From the IMG/VR virus record IMGVR_UViG_3300048849_000031, positions 1-29,085 of that record: a DNA stretch of 29,085 bases; one strand, given 5' to 3'. Below are positions 18,965 through 25,825 of the stretch, in pieces; positions within the stretch are counted from its first letter, which is position 1; the number at the start of each line of letters is the position of its first letter. A program made the position numbers and the translations under genes. The DNA is from a virus (Duplodnaviria > Caudoviricetes). The notes below the pieces were generated by a model. That model ran no database searches, was not told the DNA's origin, and worked only from the letters and a program-made list of their open reading frames with translations.

Positions 18965-19086
18965 GGACAGCCGCAGGTTGAGGAACCATCGTCCTCCTGT
19001 CGCGTTCTTGGACTCAGGGCCTTTACCGTGTTAGGGACGTGGACCTCCGGGGACGTGGTGCCCCCGCTACGGATGGGATCGCCTTG

Positions 19087-19536
19087 ATGGAGCCACGTCA
19101 AACGCACTTCAGGGGGTCCGTCGTCCGGGCATGGCGGGACCTTCGCGTTCGCTGGAGGCGCCCTTTGCGACCCTACACGTTCATCCACCTCTGTCTGTCG
19201 GGCGTGCTCGCCTGGTGGGCCTTTGTGCTGTCGATGCCGGGAAGTGTGTTCGCAGCAAGTAAGAGCTACGACATCTTCACCGCCCTGTCCCCGCATGAAG
19301 GTTTGTGGGCTGCGGCGTTCGCTGCCTTTTCGGTCTTCGGCCTGGTCGGTGCGGTCTCGCGCAATACCAATCTGAAGTGGTGGTCGGCTCTCGCCCTGGG
19401 TGCCATGCACTTCATCGTTGCTGCGTTCTTGTGGGGCGGCAATGCGATCAACACCGGGTCGGGCACCTATGCCATCATCGCCGCGCAGGCGTACTACCTG
19501 CTGCGCAAGCTGGTTAACTTCCGAGGAGACCAGTGA
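19087..19536 (+). CDS. Multi-pass membrane protein, holin candidate (start could be 19039)
   Basis: About four hydrophobic segments; first gene of the lysis region. Confidence 0.6.
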   Translation: MEPRQTHFRGSVVRAWRDLRVRWRRPLRPYTFIHLCLSGVLAWWAFVLSMPGSVFAASKSYDIFTALSPHEGLWAAAFAAFSVFGLVGAVSRNTNLKWWSALALGAMHFIVAAFLWGGNAINTGSGTYAIIAAQAYYLLRKLVNFRGDQ

Positions 19537-19985
19537 TGGAGTTCAATACCGGCAACATCATCGCCTTGGTCGTCGGCATCGTCGGCCTCATCGGGTTCCA
19601 CCTAAACCAGCAGCGAGCCTGGGCGGCGCTTATGGACTCCATGCGGAAGGAGTTCGTCACTGCGCTCGATGCGCTGCGGCGGGAGTCGGAACTGCGCGTT
19701 GACAAGCTGGGCGAGTCCGAGAGCAAGGCGCGACATGACCTGAGCAACCACATCCAGGGTATCGTCGGGGGTCTCGGCCGCCGGGTCGAGGATATGGATA
19801 AGGTCACTGTCCGGAAGGAGGACCAAACCGCCCTGGAAGCGCGGCTCAACACTTCTTTGGGTGAGATCAAAACCAAGATCGACCGGCATAACGAACAGCT
19901 TGGCGATATCCGGCTTCTGAACCAGCGTGTCGAGGGCCTGACCGCCCTGGTCGAGAAGATCGCTACCAAGGTGGAAGCCAAGTAA
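19536..19985 (+). CDS. Single-TM coiled-coil lysis-associated protein
   Basis: GAGGAG RBS, TGATG overlap; N-terminal TM (IIALVVGIVGLIGF) followed by heptad-rich helix. Confidence 0.65.
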   Translation: MEFNTGNIIALVVGIVGLIGFHLNQQRAWAALMDSMRKEFVTALDALRRESELRVDKLGESESKARHDLSNHIQGIVGGLGRRVEDMDKVTVRKEDQTALEARLNTSLGEIKTKIDRHNEQLGDIRLLNQRVEGLTALVEKIATKVEAK

Positions 19986-20062
19986 GCACTAATTAGGGAA
20001 GACTCTAGACAGGGAGATTATGCTATTTCGGGGTGACAGACCCCGGAAGCAGGAACCTCCCG

Positions 20063-20464
20063 ATGCCCGATTGGCTCGTCCCCCTCCTCCCCTACATCAT
20101 CGAATACGCGGCCGTGCCGCTTCTCGTCGCGTTCGTGACGTGGCTGGTCAGCGTTGCGCCCGGCCCCATCAAGACGGCGCTCCAGGCGATCGTGTTCAAC
20201 AAGGACATGGCGCACCTGGTCGCCCTGCTCGGCCGGGGCGCGGTTGGCGCCTATGCGCTCTACACCAAAGGCCAGATCAGCAATGGTGCGGAGGCCATCA
20301 ACTACATCATCGGCTACGCGCAGCGGTCTGCGCCGGGTCTGATGTCGAAGCTGAAGCCGGGCGAGGAGCAGATTACGAATCTCGCCACGGAAGCCTGGGA
20401 GAAGTGGCTGCTGACGAAGAAGCCCGCCCTAGTGGCGGTCGATACCAGCAAGCCGGAGGCGTGA
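20063..20464 (+). CDS. Holin-like membrane protein (start could be 20033)
   Basis: N-terminal TM; EAINYIIGYAQRSAPGLMSKL helix; directly upstream of the endolysin. Confidence 0.6.
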   Translation: MPDWLVPLLPYIIEYAAVPLLVAFVTWLVSVAPGPIKTALQAIVFNKDMAHLVALLGRGAVGAYALYTKGQISNGAEAINYIIGYAQRSAPGLMSKLKPGEEQITNLATEAWEKWLLTKKPALVAVDTSKPEA

Positions 20465-20467
20465 GCC

Positions 20468-21289
20468 GTGGTGAACGCAGCACCTCGCCTCGCTTATTCC
20501 GGCCCGGCGCGCAAGCTGACGGAGATCGACTTCACCCGCGCCGCCCAGCGGTCGGGCCTGGGGGTGGCTATCATCAAGGCTGTAGACTTAGTGGAGAGCG
20601 CCGGCTCTGGTTTCCTATCTGACGGCAGCGGTCGGCCGGTTATCCTGTATGAAGCGCACCGCTTCTCAAAAGAGACGGGCGGCGACTTCGACCGGAACTA
20701 CCCGAAGCTGTCTGTGCCGTCCTGGGACCGCTCTCTCTACCTCGGCGGTGCTCGCGAATATGAGCGGCTGAACGCCGCCGCCTTACTGGACGAGCAGGCC
20801 GCCCTGAAGGCCACCTCCTGGGGTCGCTTCCAGATTCTCGGCTCGAACCACTCGGCGGTCGGATACCCCGACGTGCGGAGCTACGTCGAGGCGATGACCC
20901 AAAGTGAGGGCGCGCACCTCGACGCCTTCATTGGCTTCATCCAGGCCAACAACCTCGTCCGCCCGCTGAAGGCGCTCGATTGGGCGACCTTCGCCCGCGG
21001 CTACAACGGCACGCAATACCGCCTGAACAAGTATGACGAGAAGCTGGCCGAAGCCTACGCGCGCCTTACCGGCTGGCCTATCCCCATGCCGGCCGCTCTT
21101 CGCATCGGCGCCTCCGGGGAGCCCGTGAAGCAGCTTCAGCAGGCACTCATCAAGGCCGGCTGGCGCCTGGCGGTCGATGGGCAATTCGGGCGGGCCACCG
21201 AGATCGCGGTAGAGCAGTTCCAGGCGAGCCGTGGCCTCGTCTCGGATGGTATCGCTGGCCCCCTCACCTACGCGGCGCTGGGTCTGTAG
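20468..21289 (+). CDS. Endolysin: N-acetylmuramidase (DUF3380) plus C-terminal PG_binding_1 domain
   Basis: VESAGSGF, ILYEAHRF, SWGRFQILGSN, FARGYNG, YDEKL; VKQLQQAL...VDGQFGRATE...DGIAGPLT. Confidence 0.93.
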   Translation: MVNAAPRLAYSGPARKLTEIDFTRAAQRSGLGVAIIKAVDLVESAGSGFLSDGSGRPVILYEAHRFSKETGGDFDRNYPKLSVPSWDRSLYLGGAREYERLNAAALLDEQAALKATSWGRFQILGSNHSAVGYPDVRSYVEAMTQSEGAHLDAFIGFIQANNLVRPLKALDWATFARGYNGTQYRLNKYDEKLAEAYARLTGWPIPMPAALRIGASGEPVKQLQQALIKAGWRLAVDGQFGRATEIAVEQFQASRGLVSDGIAGPLTYAALGL

Positions 21290-21371
21290 GGATACCGGCA
21301 GAGTTGGGACGCAGAGCCGCCAGCCCTGCGTCCCGCTCCAATGCCGCCGCCGGATACGAGTCCGATCTGGC

Positions 21372-21386
21372 GTTCTCATTCTGTTC
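21372..21386 (+). promoter_or_regulatory. Alphaproteobacterial LexA (SOS) box
   Basis: GTTC-tcattct-GTTC is an exact GTTC-N7-GTTC match, in an AT-rich intergenic patch upstream of 21423. Confidence 0.75.
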
Positions 21387-21422
21387 TATCTATAGGTTGG
21401 AGGTCAAGGTGAGAACGCACTC

Positions 21423-21662
21423 GTGGCTGCGGCGAATTACAACAGGCCCAGGCCGGTAGACCCGATCTGGTATCGGTCTACGCACTCAATACGCATCACC
21501 TGCACCTGCGGCCGTGAGCCCTTCGAGCAGAGGCTTGATGCCTTCGCGGCTGACCGGGCGATCCCTGCCAGTACTAAGCTCGGCGACCTGATCCGCCGGC
21601 TGCGCTGCCAGCAATGCGGCAGCAGGCCCTCAGCCGAAATCGTGGATCGTCGCCTTTGGTGA
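21423..21662 (+). CDS. Small Zn-ribbon protein, probably SOS-regulated
   Basis: ITCTCGR...LRCQQCGSR Cys pairs; 79 aa. Confidence 0.7.
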   Translation: MAAANYNRPRPVDPIWYRSTHSIRITCTCGREPFEQRLDAFAADRAIPASTKLGDLIRRLRCQQCGSRPSAEIVDRRLW

Positions 21663-21682
21663 CGATCCCAGGCTCGGTAGCA

Positions 21683-21705
21683 CACGATAACGTTCACTTA
21701 TCGTG
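21683..21705. repeat. 8-7-8 inverted repeat (possible recombination core site or hairpin)
   Basis: CACGATAA-cgttcac-TTATCGTG between two convergent genes. Confidence 0.55.
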
Positions 21706-21718
21706 CCGAAGTGTCCGC

Positions 21719-22267
21719 CTAGGCTGGCCCGCCACAAAGCCCGCTCTGCCGGCTGATCAGGAGCCCGCTGGCCGCACGCCAGCCCTCTCCTGCCCTCTCC
21801 CAGCCCTCCAGGCGCGCGAGCTCGGCCAGTTGCTCCTCCGGCGTCCGCACGGCCGCGACCGGGCCTGACACCTTCTTCCTGATTAGATTCTTAGAGAAAA
21901 CTGGTTCTGCCACGATCTCTGAACGGGGGGTCGGCAGAAGCGTGTAGGCGTGGCACCAGCGGTAGCCGTGGCCCGGCACTCGGATCGGGAAGCGCCGGAC
22001 CTGGATGTAGCCGGCCGCCCGGAGGCGCTGGATAGCCGCCTGGACGGTGCCCAGCGCACAGCGCGCCAAACGGGCCAGCGCCCGCATGCCGGGGTTGCAT
22101 TGCCCTGTCCTCCAGTTCTGGTGGCTGACCAGGGCGGCGTAGACCGCGGCGTCAAGCGGGCTGTGTCGCAGCTTCTTGGTGCCGGCGTGCCGGCGGGTCG
22201 GCCCGTGGGCGAGTCTGGCAAGGGCATCGGTATGCGCCGCCGCTTGGGCGCGCGTGATGAGCAGCAT
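21719..22267 (-). CDS. Winged-helix (HTH_36-like) protein, probable plasmid replication initiator
   Basis: AVYAALVSHQNWRTGQCNPGMRALARLARCALGTVQAAIQRLRAAGYI wHTH; AGGA RBS; downstream of the par operon. Confidence 0.65.
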   Translation of the reverse strand: MLLITRAQAAAHTDALARLAHGPTRRHAGTKKLRHSPLDAAVYAALVSHQNWRTGQCNPGMRALARLARCALGTVQAAIQRLRAAGYIQVRRFPIRVPGHGYRWCHAYTLLPTPRSEIVAEPVFSKNLIRKKVSGPVAAVRTPEEQLAELARLEGWERAGEGWRAASGLLISRQSGLCGGPA

Positions 22268-22330
22268 CCTGGTTCCTGTCGTCGTTTGACCGACAGCCCG
22301 GACAAGCCTCCCCTGATCGCAATTTGGCGC

Positions 22331-22359
22331 TTGCGTCGGTCGGCTCGTCAGGGCAGGAT
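22331..22359 (+). promoter_or_regulatory. sigma70-type promoter for an antisense RNA
   Basis: TTGCGT-N17-CAGGAT, oriented opposite to rep. Confidence 0.5.
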
Positions 22360-22365
22360 GCTTGC

Positions 22366-22444
22366 ACTCTTCAAGTGCGGCTCTGCCCTGTGCAGGCTGT
22401 CGAGAAAGTCTCCCGGTTGGCGCCGTGGAGACTTTTTTCGTTTC
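22366..22444 (+). ncRNA. Putative counter-transcribed copy-number control RNA (about 80 nt)
   Basis: Promoter plus intrinsic terminator on the + strand within the par-rep intergenic region; 5' end estimated from the -10 position. Confidence 0.5.
22405..22438 (+). terminator. Intrinsic terminator
   Basis: AAAGTCTCC-CGG/loop/CCG-T-GGAGACTTT stem running into a T6 tract. Confidence 0.75.
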
Positions 22445-22532
22445 GGGGCTCTAGCTGGTCAAAGACTCCTCTAAAGGGGCGCCTACAGTGCCCGAGCGGG
22501 CTGGCTGTAGCAACGCCGTAATTTCAAGGCCC

Positions 22533-22628
22533 TGCCAGCACTCCCTCATGCTGCGGCTCCAGCATAGCGGCACGACCGCGTGATGCGAAGCTGCGGTGGT
22601 GGCATGCTGGCATGCTGGCATTGCAGCA
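22533..22628. repeat. Phased 8-bp repeat array 1 (putative centromere)
   Basis: Twelve in-phase degenerate units including TGCCAGCA, TGGTGGCA, TGCTGGCA x2 and TTGCAGCA. Confidence 0.7.
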
Positions 22629-22630
22629 CG

Positions 22631-22666
22631 AGAAAAGCCCGCATGCTGGTCTCCCGGCATGTGGGC
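22631..22666 (-). terminator. Probable terminator after the RHH gene
   Basis: Minus strand reads GCCCACATGCCGG-GAGA-CCAGCATGCGGGC-TTTTCT; two mismatches in the stem. Confidence 0.45.
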
Positions 22667-22672
22667 GTGATG

Positions 22673-22963
22673 TCAGTCGAAGCGGTTCATGCCTCGCTTG
22701 GTGAACAAGTCGTTCAAAGCCTCCAGGGCAAGCGCCTCCAGGCTGGCGCCCTCCTGTATCTTCAACAGCATGAGCTGCTGCCACGCGCCCGGCGGCATGT
22801 GGATCGTCATCTTGCGCTTGCCGACCCTCGACGGCGGCGGTGCAGTTGCGGCCGGTTCCGCTGCGGGTGCGGGTACAGGCGCAGGTTTCGGTTCGGGGGC
22901 AGGCGGACGAGTCAGGCCGGCCGTGAAGCTGTAGGCCGGCTGCTCCTTCTTCACTGCTGTCAT
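22673..22963 (-). CDS. Small ribbon-helix-helix centromere-binding protein (type Ib partner of ParA), 96 aa
   Basis: ATGA overlap with the parA stop; Pro/Ala-rich flexible N-terminus, then SRVGKRKMTIHM...QQLMLL...EALNDLFTKRG. Confidence 0.75.
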   Translation of the reverse strand: MTAVKKEQPAYSFTAGLTRPPAPEPKPAPVPAPAAEPAATAPPPSRVGKRKMTIHMPPGAWQQLMLLKIQEGASLEALALEALNDLFTKRGMNRFD

Positions 22964-23082
22964 GCTGCGATGGCCTTGCGCTGCTTTGCTGCCCTGCGGC
23001 TTTGCTGCGATGCTGGCATGCTGCTCTGCTGTCGTGCTGCTTCTGTGGCCTGCTGGAGTGCTGCCATGCCATCCTGCTGGCA
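22955..23082. repeat. Phased 8-bp repeat array 2, inside the parA 3' end
   Basis: Sixteen consecutive 8-mers, most starting TGCTG (TGCTGTCA, TGCTGCGA, ... TGCTGGCA). Confidence 0.85.
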
Positions 23083-23697
23083 TATCCAGTTCCAAAGGGC
23101 GTCGATCTCGGCCGCCGCCTGGCCGCGTGCGCCCCACTCGAAAGCGCCCCGGCCGCTCGGGAGCGGGTGGCGGAAGTCCATGCGCAGCCCGACCCGTGCC
23201 GGCACCATATCAGCGCCGCCGTCGATAAGGGCCTTCTCCACCGCGTCGGTGATGCCGGAGGATTGGATGGCGCCGTTCAGGACCACGTATGCAGTCTTCC
23301 GGGCGATCTGCGCCGCAACCATGGAGGCGCTGAGCGCACTGAGGTCATAGTCGGACGGCTGGCAGGGAACCAGCACCAAGTCGCTGACCTGCGCCGCCTG
23401 GACGCCGACCGTATCAGCGCGGGGTGGCGTGTCGAGGATCACCAACCCGCAGCCCTGCTCGCGCGCCTGCTGGAGCAACTGCGGGAGGGCCGGAGCCTGC
23501 GACGCAACGACCTGGGGCATGGAGCCCTTGCCGAGCGTGGCTTCCCGCCGCTGCCCCCATGACCACGCAGTCGCCTGCGGATCGAGGTCGATGATGAGCG
23601 GCCCGAGCCCGAACCGCGCCGCCTGGACCCCCAAATTGGTCGCGAGCGTGCTTTTGCCGCAGCCCCCCTTCGAGGACACGAGCGAAATTACCAGCAT
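22960..23697 (-). CDS. parA: ParA-family Walker partition ATPase without N-terminal HTH (alternative start 23712)
   Basis: Deviant Walker A KGGCGKST, IDLDPQ, Walker B ILDTPP, DLVLVPCQPS, AAAEIDALW. Confidence 0.92.
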   Translation of the reverse strand: MLVISLVSSKGGCGKSTLATNLGVQAARFGLGPLIIDLDPQATAWSWGQRREATLGKGSMPQVVASQAPALPQLLQQAREQGCGLVILDTPPRADTVGVQAAQVSDLVLVPCQPSDYDLSALSASMVAAQIARKTAYVVLNGAIQSSGITDAVEKALIDGGADMVPARVGLRMDFRHPLPSGRGAFEWGARGQAAAEIDALWNWICQQDGMAALQQATEAARQQSSMPASQQSRRAAKQRKAIAA

Positions 23698-23800
23698 CCC
23701 AACATCCCCCATTGATGCAGCGCCAGCATGACAACAAGCTGTTGTCCTGGCAAGCCATCATGGAGTCATGCTGTTGTTCTGGGATGCTGGCATGCTGGCA
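23689..23800. repeat. Phased 8-bp repeat array 3, over the parA start and upstream region
   Basis: Fourteen in-phase degenerate units, ending TTCTGGGA TGCTGGCA TGCTGGCA. Confidence 0.75.
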
Positions 23801-24451
23801 TCAGTGTCCGGCTTTGTGCGCCGGGCGGCTCGCCACCTCTGCCTGAAGACGCAGTTCATAGGCTTCGCGGCGAAGAGTGTAAGCCTGCTGGCCGAGTGTC
23901 TGCGCCTGCTGCTCCATCTCGGCAGCCTTTCGCTCGCAAGCGATGGCGCGATCCAGGAGTTCCTTTACGGCCGGGTTGTGGAGGTCAAAGGCTTGGGCCG
24001 TGGACAGCATGCCAGCATACCAGCTTAGCAGCACTGCCGCAGTGATCCTGCCCAACCGCATCCGCTCTGTCGGGACACCGAGGAGATGGCATAGCCGCAT
24101 GCGGGCGCTGGACAGCATCGCCGCCGCGTCCCTGGCCTTCTCGATCTCGAAGTTCAGCTTGAACGTCACCTGGTCGGCCTCCTTGCTGTTGGTGGCGAGA
24201 CCGAGCGCGTAGACATGCACTCGACCCATCCGGTGGCCGCGAGTGCGGTTGCAGCCGCCACATGCGACCACCAGGTTGTCTTCTTCGTTCGTGCCGCCGA
24301 GCACGCGGGGGAGGATGTGCTCTAGGGTGGCTCGCCGGGGGTGTCCGGGCGGGAGGTCATCGGCGGTGCGGATGCCGCAATAGCAGCAGCGCCAGTTCTG
24401 CATGCCGGCCAGCCGGCGTAGCTTCTCACTGATCGGCGACGGGGCGGACAT
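23801..24451 (-). CDS. HNH endonuclease with a C-terminal helical extension
   Basis: RCCYCG...ATLEHILPRVLGGTNEEDNLVVACGGCNRTRG. Confidence 0.85.
   Translation of the reverse strand: MSAPSPISEKLRRLAGMQNWRCCYCGIRTADDLPPGHPRRATLEHILPRVLGGTNEEDNLVVACGGCNRTRGHRMGRVHVYALGLATNSKEADQVTFKLNFEIEKARDAAAMLSSARMRLCHLLGVPTERMRLGRITAAVLLSWYAGMLSTAQAFDLHNPAVKELLDRAIACERKAAEMEQQAQTLGQQAYTLRREAYELRLQAEVASRPAHKAGH
24002..24041. repeat. Phased 8-bp repeat array 4, inside the HNH gene
   Basis: GGACAGCA TGCCAGCA TACCAGCT TAGCAGCA CTGCCGCA, in the opposite orientation to array 2. Confidence 0.6.
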
Positions 24452-24897
24452 CAGGGAGCCCGCAGCACTTCATCTACCGTGACACCGGCCTCGCAGAAGA
24501 TGTCCCGTGACGCCTTAGTGCTCTCCGCCCAGCGGGCGCCGTAATCGCCTTCGGGCTCAAAGGTGACGACGCGGCGGACGGTGCGGGCGGTTAGGATCGC
24601 GAGGGCGCACTGCTGGCAGGGGAAGTGGGTGGAGAAGATCACCCGCGGCGTGAACCCACTGACGTTGGACAGCGCGTTAGCCTCAGCGTGTCGCACATGG
24701 GCGTTCTTCCAGGCTCGATCGAGGAGCCGGCTGTCGTCGGCAAGACCTGGCGGGAGGCCGTTGAATCCGAGCGCCAATTGGTTCGGCTGGTCGCCCAGCA
24801 CGACTGCGCCGACCTTCGTGGACGGGTCCTTCGAGAAGATGTCGGCCACGGATCGGGCCAGCCGGAGGTGCTTGTGGTCGCGGTCAGTAACGGTCAT
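24451..24897 (-). CDS. dCMP (deoxycytidylate) deaminase
   Basis: SKDPSTKVGAV, GFNGLPPG, HAEANA and PCQQC zinc deaminase motifs. Confidence 0.9.
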   Translation of the reverse strand: MTVTDRDHKHLRLARSVADIFSKDPSTKVGAVVLGDQPNQLALGFNGLPPGLADDSRLLDRAWKNAHVRHAEANALSNVSGFTPRVIFSTHFPCQQCALAILTARTVRRVVTFEPEGDYGARWAESTKASRDIFCEAGVTVDEVLRAP

Positions 24898-25301
24898 GCC
24901 TGCTGTCTCCGGATGCTTTCCAGCACCGCGTCGATGTTGGAATTGGATTCCGCCAGGGCGGCGTCGATCTTTGTTGTGGCTTGGTCGAAGTCACTCTCGA
25001 CGTGCCGCAACAGTCCGATGAGCAGGTCGCTCAACTTCGCCTTGGATGCCTGCATGGCGGTGTCCACAGCAGTCCTGGACTGTGTGACCACGCCCTCAAG
25101 AGTCGCTGCGGCGTTCTTGGCGCGGAGGAGACGCAGGTAGTCCGCCGCAGTGATCTCGTAGGTGGTGGACAGCTCCTCGCAGTTCGGGCAGTGGAACCGT
25201 CGCAGTCGCGCCCGGATGTTCGCCTTGTAATCGGCCGTCATCAGGCGCAGCCGCCGGCCGCCGCACTTGGGGCAGGGGTCAGAGGGTGGGCTGGGTGTCA
25301 T
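24894..25301 (-). CDS. Zn-ribbon protein resembling the NrdR N-terminal domain, plus a helical tail
   Basis: CPKCGG...RLRRFHCPNCEELSTTYE; GAGGGGAG RBS before the ATG at 25301. Confidence 0.65.
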   Translation of the reverse strand: MTPSPPSDPCPKCGGRRLRLMTADYKANIRARLRRFHCPNCEELSTTYEITAADYLRLLRAKNAAATLEGVVTQSRTAVDTAMQASKAKLSDLLIGLLRHVESDFDQATTKIDAALAESNSNIDAVLESIRRQQA

Positions 25302-25497
25302 CGGACTCCCCTCGCTTTGCCTCCCGCACCAGCAGGGCCTTACCCGCTTCCTGCGCAGCCTCCTGCAAGTCCTTGGTGGCGAGATAGTAGTGGTCGGCGC
25401 GCTCGCGGATCGCTTCGATGTCATCCCACTGGCGGCGGCGCACGAGTTCATCAGTCGCCCAGCGCAGGCGGGTGGGGTAGGCGGTCTTCCAGGCCAT
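25279..25497 (-). CDS. Hypothetical protein, 72 aa
   Basis: TGATG-coupled to the upstream micro-ORF; fits the operon tiling. Confidence 0.55.
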   Translation of the reverse strand: MAWKTAYPTRLRWATDELVRRRQWDDIEAIRERADHYYLATKDLQEAAQEAGKALLVREAKRGESDDTQPTL

Positions 25498-25580
25498 CAG
25501 AAGAACATCCTGAGTCCGAGGAGGGCGCCGAGCACGAGGCCCAGCGTTCCGGCTCCTGCGATGATGAGGAAAGGCTTCAC
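25497..25580 (-). CDS. 27-aa membrane micro-protein
   Basis: MKPFLIIAGAGTLGLVLGALLGLRMFF; GTGA and TGATG overlaps at the two ends. Confidence 0.6.
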   Translation of the reverse strand: MKPFLIIAGAGTLGLVLGALLGLRMFF

Positions 25581-25807
25581 GCCGGCTTCGCGTCGGCAGG
25601 GTTCACCGGACGCAGGACACCCTTCAGCCAAGTGTCCAGTTGCTCGTGCGTGTAATAGACGCGCTTGCCGAGGCGGCTGTAGCTCGGCCCGCCGCCGCGC
25701 CAGGACAGGAACTCCAGCCGCTTCTTCGTCATGTGCTCCAGGCCGCGTTCCCGCAGGTAGGCAGCAGCCTTTTCGCGGGTCAGCAGCGGTGCGGGGGTCG
25801 CGGTCAT
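25577..25807 (-). CDS. Excisionase/AlpA-like HTH protein
   Basis: LLTREKAAAYL...GGGPSYSRLGKRVYYTHEQLDTWL. Confidence 0.8.
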   Translation of the reverse strand: MTATPAPLLTREKAAAYLRERGLEHMTKKRLEFLSWRGGGPSYSRLGKRVYYTHEQLDTWLKGVLRPVNPADAKPA

Positions 25808-25825
25808 AGAACGAACTTCCCTAAT

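Noticed and set aside
22964-23137. Longer 154-aa version of the RHH gene
   Set aside because: The extension overlaps parA and mostly translates the repeat array; the ATG at 22963 is coupled to the parA stop.
22533-23800. Repeat arrays as a CRISPR array
   Set aside because: Units are contiguous degenerate 8-mers with no spacers, and no cas genes are present.
23801-24897. HNH plus deaminase as an anti-phage defence system
   Set aside because: Both are common phage accessory genes, and the deaminase is a stand-alone dCMP deaminase without the kinase-like domain of defence dCTP deaminases.
25302-25451. Upstream extension of the 185-aa ORF
   Set aside because: Overlaps the 72-aa gene; the ATG at 25301 has a clear RBS.
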